From positions 159,529 through 223,528 of IMG/VR virus record IMGVR_UViG_3300021431_000003: a stretch of 64,000 bases of DNA. One strand, 5' to 3'. The position numbers and the translations under genes are program-made. Position 1 is the stretch's first letter; the number at the start of each line of letters is the position of its first letter. The notes under the pieces were generated by a model. That model ran no database searches. It was not told where the DNA came from and saw only the letters and a list, made by a program, of their open reading frames with translations. This DNA comes from a virus (taxonomy: Duplodnaviria > Caudoviricetes). Of the stretch, positions 59,273-64,000 are shown in pieces.

Positions 59273-61645
59273 ATGCCTGAAAAGATTATTCAAAAGAACG
59301 CATCGGAGCAGTTCCATGCAGATTATAAGGAATATGCTTTGTATGTAGAAAGACATCGTACAGTGCCAGAGTTCAGAGATGGGCTTAAGCCTGTACAAAG
59401 ACGTATTATATTTACAGCACGCTTCATTTGTGATGCAGCGGACAATAATAGAAAGTCCGCAGACATTGTAGGAAGCACAATGGGTAAATATCATCCGCAT
59501 GGTGATAGCTCTATACAAGGAGCTTTGTATACAATGGTAAATTGGTTCCAGACCAAGATTCCACTGTTTAATGGTCAGGGTAACTTTGGTAATACTTATC
59601 AGAATATCCCTGCTGCAGCTCGATATACTGAAGTAAGGTTAAGCAAGTTTACACAAGAATGTATTCTTGACGAACTGGTAAAGTGTAAAGAGATTATAGA
59701 CTGGGAACCTAATTATGATAATTCTAGATTAGAGCCCAGTTTTCTCCCGTGTAAAGTACCGCTGCTTCTCATTAATGGTTGTAACGGTATCGCAGTTGGT
59801 GACAAGGTAGATGTACCTAGTCATAATATATGTGAAGTAATTGATGCTACAATTGCATTGATTCAGAATCCTAAAACGAATATCGTACTTGTACCTGATA
59901 TGTGTCAAGCATGTGAGATTGTTGATACAGATTGGGCATCAATTTCTAAGATGGGATTTGGTAACTTCAAAGTCAGAGGTGTCGTTGACATTGAACCTTA
60001 CAATGGCGTAGAACGTAAGTATCGTGAGTACCAGACACTTGTAATTAAGTCTGTTCCTAATCTTACTTTTCTTGAGACTGTAATCGACAAGCTTGAAAAT
60101 ATGGTTAAAGAGAATAAGATTACTGGTATTATTGATATGGAAGAACAGTCTTCTGAAAATAATATGAGATTCGTATTGATTCTCAAACCAGGTACAGACC
60201 CTAACTATGTTCGTAATGAACTGTATAAGAATACAGCACTTATGCAGACCATGAGAACAAATCTTAAAGTACTGGATATCAATGATAAAGAACATCCTGC
60301 AAAAAGATTATCTTATAAAGGATATCTTCAAGCATGGATTGACTTTAGAAAGTTGACTAAGTTTAGATACTTTGAAAATACACTTCAGAAAAAGATGACT
60401 CGTCTTCATATGATTCAGCTTTATATCTGGGCTATTGAATCTGGTAAGTCTGATGAGATTATTAAGATTATCAAATCCAATAAGACTACAGATGATTCTG
60501 TTATCATTGAGGCACTTATTAAGAAGTGTAACATGACAGACATTCAAGCTAAGTTCTTTATCAATTGCGAAATAAAGAAGCTTTCTAAGGGTTATCTTGC
60601 AAATTATAAAGCAGAACAGGATAAACTTGTAAAAGAAACTAATTATTATCGTGATTGCATTGTTCATGATGGTGCTATTGAAAGTATCATCATTCAGGAA
60701 CTGCTTGATATTAAAGCAAAATACGGTGAGCCTAGAAAGTGCAGACTCATCAGTGAGACAGAAGCTAATGGAGTTACTGCTGGTACATTCAAGGTTGTAT
60801 TGACTGAAAATAACTTCATTAAGAAGATTGGAGAAAATGAAACACTTACTAAACCTAAGAATGATGTAATTAAGTTTGTTCTTACAGGTGATAATAGTAA
60901 GAGTATTCTATTATTCGACAATCTTGGTAAGGTCTATAATATTCCAATCTCTAAGATTCCATTTGCAGATAAGAATAGTAATGGTGTTGATATCAGACTT
61001 ATCAATAAGTATATCAACTCTCAGATTACTGCAGTTATTTATGAGCCTATTTTGGAACAGTTCAAGAAGGGATTCATTGTAACACTTACTCAGCAAGGAT
61101 TTATTAAGAGAATGACGACAACAGATTTCTTAGCTGTACCAACATCTGGTCTTGTATATTGCAAACTCGATGACAATGACAAAATCATTGACCTGTTACT
61201 GTTTGGTAATAATGCAGAGATTGTAGTGTATGGTTCTAAGAAAGCATTAAGAATTGACATTAATGATATTCCGATCCTTAAGCGTAATGCTAGAGGGTGC
61301 GTATCTATGTCCTCTAAGACAACTAACGTAGAAGGAATGTCAGCAATGAATAAACAGTTCTCAGATATCGTTATTGTAACTAAGAATGGTTATGTTAATA
61401 GAATTATTCCAGATTCTGTTATCAAAGGACGTTCTAAAGCAGGTAGTAATGTTATTAAACTTGGAAAGACTGATAATATTGTTTCTATCTATGGAGTTAA
61501 TAATAATGATACACTAGTATGCCTGATTGCCCCTACTGGAGAAGCCATTGAAATTCCTGTTGCAACGATTGCTAATGGTACTAGCATTAGTACTGGTAAC
61601 AAGATGATTAAGGGTGGAGAGGTAGTTAAGGTATACAAAAAGTAA
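59273..61645 (+). CDS. gyrA: Type IIA topoisomerase subunit A
   Basis: DGLKPVQRRI, YHPHGDSS, GQGNFG, AAARYTE (catalytic Tyr), beta-pinwheel CTD repeats. Confidence 0.95.
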   Translation: MPEKIIQKNASEQFHADYKEYALYVERHRTVPEFRDGLKPVQRRIIFTARFICDAADNNRKSADIVGSTMGKYHPHGDSSIQGALYTMVNWFQTKIPLFNGQGNFGNTYQNIPAAARYTEVRLSKFTQECILDELVKCKEIIDWEPNYDNSRLEPSFLPCKVPLLLINGCNGIAVGDKVDVPSHNICEVIDATIALIQNPKTNIVLVPDMCQACEIVDTDWASISKMGFGNFKVRGVVDIEPYNGVERKYREYQTLVIKSVPNLTFLETVIDKLENMVKENKITGIIDMEEQSSENNMRFVLILKPGTDPNYVRNELYKNTALMQTMRTNLKVLDINDKEHPAKRLSYKGYLQAWIDFRKLTKFRYFENTLQKKMTRLHMIQLYIWAIESGKSDEIIKIIKSNKTTDDSVIIEALIKKCNMTDIQAKFFINCEIKKLSKGYLANYKAEQDKLVKETNYYRDCIVHDGAIESIIIQELLDIKAKYGEPRKCRLISETEANGVTAGTFKVVLTENNFIKKIGENETLTKPKNDVIKFVLTGDNSKSILLFDNLGKVYNIPISKIPFADKNSNGVDIRLINKYINSQITAVIYEPILEQFKKGFIVTLTQQGFIKRMTTTDFLAVPTSGLVYCKLDDNDKIIDLLLFGNNAEIVVYGSKKALRIDINDIPILKRNARGCVSMSSKTTNVEGMSAMNKQFSDIVIVTKNGYVNRIIPDSVIKGRSKAGSNVIKLGKTDNIVSIYGVNNNDTLVCLIAPTGEAIEIPVATIANGTSISTGNKMIKGGEVVKVYKK

Positions 61646-61664
61646 AAAGAAAAGAGGAATCGAT

Positions 61665-62048
61665 ATGACTATTCATGACGAGAAGTCTTATAAGAAGCTT
61701 GACAAGAATAGCCAAAAAATGATATCGAAAGCAATTAATAAACTCACTCAAAGATATGAGGAATATAAAAGGCAGAATATCGCTATCACCAATATATTTG
61801 GTGATAGCGTTATTATTCATGATATCATTGACGGGCATTTCTATGTCTATAAGTGTTGTGTATCAAACCTTCAAATACGTTTACTGTATGAAGTTGATAA
61901 GAATAATAATATCAATGTATTGTATCACTTCATCAAGAACAATAACAATAGTATCAAAAGTCCAGATTCAAAACGATGTGGTGATATGTATTTGAAATTA
62001 TTTGAAAACAAAGTACATGATTATGAAAGGAGTTTAATTCAATCATGA
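61665..62048 (+). CDS. RelE/ParE-fold protein (putative)
   Basis: KSYKKLDKNSQKMISKAINKL...FYVYK...IRLLYEV...INVLYHFIKN. Confidence 0.5.
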   Translation: MTIHDEKSYKKLDKNSQKMISKAINKLTQRYEEYKRQNIAITNIFGDSVIIHDIIDGHFYVYKCCVSNLQIRLLYEVDKNNNINVLYHFIKNNNNSIKSPDSKRCGDMYLKLFENKVHDYERSLIQS

Positions 62049-62452
62049 AACAAGCAAAAGTAAAAGTACCGTTTTTCTTAAACAATAGAAATATGGAATA
62101 TCTATTATCAGGAGCTAAAATCATTAATCTTGATGAAGTACACGAAAAGATGTTATTCCAAAATGGTGTAAATATCTATATACCTAGAAAGGATGATCCA
62201 AATAGGCCTTTACTTAGCGAATATCCAGGTATATCAGATACAATAGTTGGCAAAGCTATAAGATATATAGAAGGAACAGATAATAACTATCTTGAAATAG
62301 AACTATTAGATAGTCTATATTATCATAAGCTAAAAGAACCATGTATTAAGATTAATGGTTATTGTGTAATCGAATGTGGAGACATTACTATTAAAAAGAT
62401 TACTAGATTAACTCTTGCTGATAGAAATCCTATTATGGAAGAAGTATTTTAA
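62045..62452 (+). CDS. Hypothetical protein
   Basis: ATGA overlap with the upstream gene; AAGGAG RBS. Confidence 0.75.
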   Translation: MKQAKVKVPFFLNNRNMEYLLSGAKIINLDEVHEKMLFQNGVNIYIPRKDDPNRPLLSEYPGISDTIVGKAIRYIEGTDNNYLEIELLDSLYYHKLKEPCIKINGYCVIECGDITIKKITRLTLADRNPIMEEVF

Positions 62453-62561
62453 TTTTCTAAAATGGGGAAATTGTACAATCCATTACCAAAAAGTGGTAAT
62501 GTACAATTTTCCCATTTATAAATATTATTTTTTACAATCAATATAACTAATTAATAATGAT

Positions 62562-62637
62562 TAGGGTGTCGCCAAGCGGTAAGGCCGAAGCCTTTGAAGC
62601 TTCCATTTCGTGGGTTCGAATCCCTCCACCCTAACCA
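62562..62637 (+). tRNA. trnQ: tRNA-Gln(TTG)
   Basis: Acceptor TAGGGTG/CACCCTA, anticodon arm GAAGC-CTTTGAA-GCTTC, TTCGAAT loop, encoded CCA. Confidence 0.92.
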
Positions 62638-62648
62638 GTTTTATATAC

Positions 62649-62722
62649 AGGCCACTAGCGCAAATGGTAAGAGCTCTCGGCTCATAACCGAAAGGTTCAG
62701 GGTTCAAGTCCCTGGTGGCCTA
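62649..62722 (+). tRNA. tRNA with CAT anticodon (elongator Met or Ile2)
   Basis: Acceptor AGGCCAC/GTGGCCT, anticodon loop CTCATAA, TTCAAGT loop; no CCA; no initiator hallmarks. Confidence 0.88.
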
Positions 62723-62811
62723 TCCGCTGTTCTGCTTTAAATGGAGTAGAACAGCTTTCTTCACTTTTTCGGCTTGAGACATTTTTCTTAGTTTTGGTGT
62801 CTCTTTGCAAA

Positions 62812-62851
62812 AGAACAGCTCCCAGGGTCTCCATGCCCTGGGAGCTGTTCT
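62812..62851. terminator. Bidirectional terminator
   Basis: agaacagctcccaggg-tctccatg-ccctgggagctgttct between convergent units. Confidence 0.8.
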
Positions 62852-62854
62852 GCT

Positions 62855-63622
62855 TTATAGATTTTCTGGATGCATTATAGCCGAACCTGCAAATGTACCT
62901 TGAGGTTTATCAGCTTCTTTAATATCAAATAGTCTTTGCTTTAACATACTCTGTAATTCATGCAGCTTCTCAAATTGATTATTGCCTTCCATATCAATAG
63001 TAATATACTTCTTTTCAAGCACTTGTTTATATGTATCATTATATGTACCAGCAATAGTAAGCTTTTCTAATTCATCTAGCTTATCTAATAATTCTGGGTC
63101 AATATAATTATAATATGTCTGAACAAATGCTTTATAGTATCCATATACTTTATTTGTAGGAACAAACAGATATTGAGTATGTACTAACTCATGTACTGTT
63201 TCAGATAAAGGAATAAGTCCAACCATTAGAGAATAGTGTACAAACATTACTTCATATCCGACAGATTCAATGGTTAGCATTTCACCATTCTTCATTCTTT
63301 TATTTAAGATAACACAACAGATATCTCTTAGAGTAAATGGAGAGTGATGTATTTCGATTCTAACTCTTCTACTAGTCTCATTACTAATATTAGGAATAAA
63401 AGCACAAGAGTTCATATTCATATACTCTCTAAGATATTGAACCATTTGGCGATATTCAAAAGAAGAACGAACATGACGCTCTAAATCAACAATATACTTT
63501 TCTCTATCTTTATCATCCATCAAATCATAATCTTCAAATTCAAAATCTGGTACATTCTCTGGAATCTTAATTACATCAACTTCATTTACAGGGATACTCA
63601 TCATAGAATTCTCACTAATCAT
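62855..63622 (-). CDS. HNH-like protein, paralog of 19414-20163
   Basis: CAFIPNIS...IEIHHSPFTLRD...LSETVHELVH; ATG after AAGGAGG. Confidence 0.65.
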   Translation of the reverse strand: MISENSMMSIPVNEVDVIKIPENVPDFEFEDYDLMDDKDREKYIVDLERHVRSSFEYRQMVQYLREYMNMNSCAFIPNISNETSRRVRIEIHHSPFTLRDICCVILNKRMKNGEMLTIESVGYEVMFVHYSLMVGLIPLSETVHELVHTQYLFVPTNKVYGYYKAFVQTYYNYIDPELLDKLDELEKLTIAGTYNDTYKQVLEKKYITIDMEGNNQFEKLHELQSMLKQRLFDIKEADKPQGTFAGSAIMHPENL

Positions 63623-63737
63623 ACGTATCAACCTCCTTTATTATATGAATGTTAAAGAACGCAATACGTATGTTTTTTACTAAACCAGAAACATATTTAT
63701 AAACGAGTAGTCTCAGACTGCTTAAGGAGGTATGTAT

Positions 63738-63926
63738 ATGTCTAAATCACCTATGTCAAAGAATGAAAAAGAAGACTTCATTTCTTTTTTAGCTTCTTCA
63801 ACACCAGAAGAGTTGAATGAATTTATTAAAAAGAATGGAAAGAACAATGCTAATGATGCTTTATTCGTCTTTCAATGGGATAACCTAAAGAAAGATGGTA
63901 AACATACACAAATTATTACTAATTAA
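63738..63926 (+). CDS. Small hypothetical protein
   Basis: AAGGAGG RBS; late-type motif 63690-63702. Confidence 0.65.
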   Translation: MSKSPMSKNEKEDFISFLASSTPEELNEFIKKNGKNNANDALFVFQWDNLKKDGKHTQIITN

Positions 63927-63940
63927 GGAGGATTATCACT

Positions 63941-64000
63941 ATGGAATCTACAATGAACGTTCAGGACCTGATTAAGGACATTCATGACAATCTTAAACAG
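63941..64000 (+). CDS. 5' end of a gene (partial)
   Basis: AAGGAGG then ATG, MESTMNVQDLIKDIHDNLKQ, open to the window end. Confidence 0.7.
   Translation, partial: MESTMNVQDLIKDIHDNLKQ

Noticed and set aside
48676-61645. Inteins or introns in dnaB, gyrB, gyrA
   Set aside because: No C...HN splice motifs, LAGLIDADG blocks or frame breaks; the GyrB insert has no intein hallmarks.
1-64000. Alternative genetic code
   Set aside because: Conserved genes are intact in code 11, and TAG and TGA end genes at sensible boundaries.
1-64000. CRISPR array or Cas4 adaptation module
   Set aside because: No regularly spaced repeats seen; the 6884 nuclease lacks Cas4 Fe-S cysteines.

Overview
A 64 kb, very AT-rich, densely coding segment of a jumbo phage genome of the AR9/PBS1-phiKZ type, probably infecting a Bacillota (likely clostridial) host (inferred from strong AGGAGG RBSs, a GH25/M15 endolysin, BspA-type LRRs and a 3D-domain lipoprotein). 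It encodes two fragments of a split RNA polymerase beta' subunit, GyrB and GyrA, DnaB-like and Dda/RecD-like helicases, SbcD, a PD-(D/E)XK exonuclease, NrdG, a Ser/Thr kinase-like protein, orphan MazF- and RelE/ParE-fold proteins, an HNH endonuclease, baseplate/tail proteins and two tRNAs. The transcription programme can be read from the DNA. An AACW-N6-TAA motif (AR9 late-promoter-like) precedes 23 transcription units and TATATTAT-type motifs precede others. Four minus-strand cassettes share a bipartite TTGWAA-N21-TATWAT motif, three of them with long structured leaders, two of which share a hairpin-UUAAAACUA pseudoknot element. The most unusual coding feature is a tail/adhesin cluster (36.3-44.1 kb) in which BspA-type LRR solenoids appear cut mid-repeat and distributed over separate genes whose ends continue one another, suggesting inter-chain LRR complementation. 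All protein calls come from motif recognition by eye; no searches were run.
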